DNA of 64,000 nt from Lama guanicoe (taxonomy: Eukaryota): NCBI GenBank assembly GCA_013239625.1, contig MU054026.1, positions 496,001-560,000 on the forward strand, in the 5' to 3' direction. The position numbers and the translations under genes were made by a program. The notes beneath the pieces were generated by a model. That model did not search any database, was not told the origin of the DNA, and was given only the letters and a program-made list of their open reading frames with translations. Below are positions 62,379-64,000 of the stretch, piece after piece; position 1 is the first letter of the stretch; the number at the start of each line of letters is the position of its first letter.

Positions 62379-64000
62379 ATTGAACATATGTCAAATATTT
62401 ATTTAGCTCAACTATGAGGAAACTGTTAGGTTAGTAAAGCTGGTTTGATGGGCATTTGTGGAACACATATTCATGTATTTAGTAGGCAAAGGCATGTTGG
62501 AGTAAGTTCACTAATTTGGAGACATTTCAGGGCAGCACAACTCTGATTTTAGGTTTATATTATCTACCAGACAGAAATCACTTGCACGTCTACCAGAAGT
62601 CTGTCTACAAGTTAACGTATAACTTAACAGTGCCTGGAATGTAATCAAATAAAATCGACATCAAAACAGGCACATTATCTTACAGAATTAAGTAATCTTT
62701 AGAAAGATTTATTAGTGCTGTAGTATGATCATGTGAAGATGGCAGTATTTCTTTTTCTTTATTTCCAAGTTTTGAATAATTTTTCTTAAGACGTATGCAT
62801 TGTTAAACTTGGCTTCATTTTGAAAGATATGAACTCAAAAGATGAGAAAAACGAGGTCCCCTTGGGCAGGGCTGAGAAAGGCTGAGGGTACCGGGAAGGG
62901 TGACAGAAATCTCTTCGGGTATCCTGTGGAGAGCAGTGTCTTGACCTTTGTTGTGAATTTGCTAATCTTTGATTTCCAACTAAATTGTAAGCCTCTCAGA
63001 GGGGAGACTACGTCTTAAATTGCTCCTGTATCTTCAGGTCCCTTGGATGAGCCCGTCGCAATGACCTGAAATGAGCCCTTCAGATTGACTGAAGGGAAGA
63101 GAGTTTAAAAACCAACCAGGCGTGTACATTTTAACGGAATGAGTTTAGGAGTGCCTTTTAAGACATTTATGAAATGTTTCAGAAGGCATTGGGCATTACA
63201 GGAATCTTGGAAGAGGAAACCCTTTCTTCTGAGAACATCTTAGCTCTAAAAGAATAACTGCTCTGGTAAGCACGGAGTTATATGTTGGACTATGAAATCC
63301 CAAGAGTTAAGTCATCACTTTGCCAATGTCTTCACGATCATTCCTTAACCTGCACCTTTCCCGGTCTAGAATACGGAGGTCTTTTGGCAGTTTCTGGTCT
63401 CATGTTTCTCTTTCCGATTTCTCCCCAAGCCTGACTACAAAAAGAATCTCCATCTGCATTGCTGGGGGAGACTAACGCTGCTGTTTTGAATCGCCAAGCT
63501 CTGCTTGGCTGGAGCAAGGAGGATTTCTGTCTGAGAGCTGCCTGTCTTACTACCGCTTGATTTGATTACCTCTGCTCACTGGCGACGACCAGGCTCTCAT
63601 CTCGCCTTTTGCCTTTCTCAGCAGCATCCCTTCTACTGTGTTAAACAGGATATTTCTCTTTTTACCAATGCTTATAATTTTTTCTGATTGGGTGATTATT
63701 AACAAAGGAGGTTTGTTTTTGTTTTTTGCTTTTTTAGGAAAATTAGTGTTGCTCAGTCAGACATTTTTCTTTTTGGGTTAAGGCGTTTAGGAAATGAATC
63801 AGTCAGTACAGTAGGGGACTGTGGTAGAAAGTCTCAGATCAGTTACCCGCCTTTGCCTCCTGCTGAGAGCTTCCGGAAAGGGTTTCCAGAAAGTTTTCAG
63901 TTGACACAGCAGTGTCTTTGCTTCGGAGTTAGTGATGGCATCACCGGCTTTCTTTCAACATTAAACATTTTATTGGATAATTTCTCCTATGCCTGAGGGA

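Noticed and set aside
1..64000. ORF-track entries as host protein-coding genes
   Set aside because: All are short (under 150 aa), many use non-ATG starts, none resembles a protein I recognise apart from L1 and ERV remnants, and there is no consistent exon chain.
1..64000. CRISPR arrays, operons or other prokaryotic-type systems
   Set aside because: The sequence is mammalian repeat-rich DNA with no regularly spaced repeat-spacer array and no gene-dense region.

Overview
Repeat-rich, non-coding mammalian DNA, most likely from a camelid (alpaca, llama or camel). The main clue is six copies of a tRNA-derived SINE that resembles the camelid Vic-1 family; short, lineage-specific LINE-1 3' ends are consistent with this. 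I found no recognisable host protein-coding exon. The only real protein remnants are LINE-1 ORF2 fragments and a degenerate ERV-L pol fragment, and the rest of the ORF track looks spurious. The most conspicuous structure is a near-identical 4.86-kb direct repeat (22300-27161 and 27386-32251) on either side of a 224-N gap, most likely a false duplication from assembly. Other points: an L1 inserted inside a SINE, two candidate L1 3' transductions, Tigger1 nested in MER44, and a partial ERV-L provirus. The younger L1s are all on the minus strand, which suggests the window lies in an intron of a plus-strand transcript. There are also a candidate TATA promoter with first exon, a strong CTCF motif and a few candidate micro-exons. 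I found no evidence for a new multi-component biological system. Repeat family names come from my recall of consensus sequences, not from a database search. Boundaries not fixed by target-site duplications (TSDs) are approximate.
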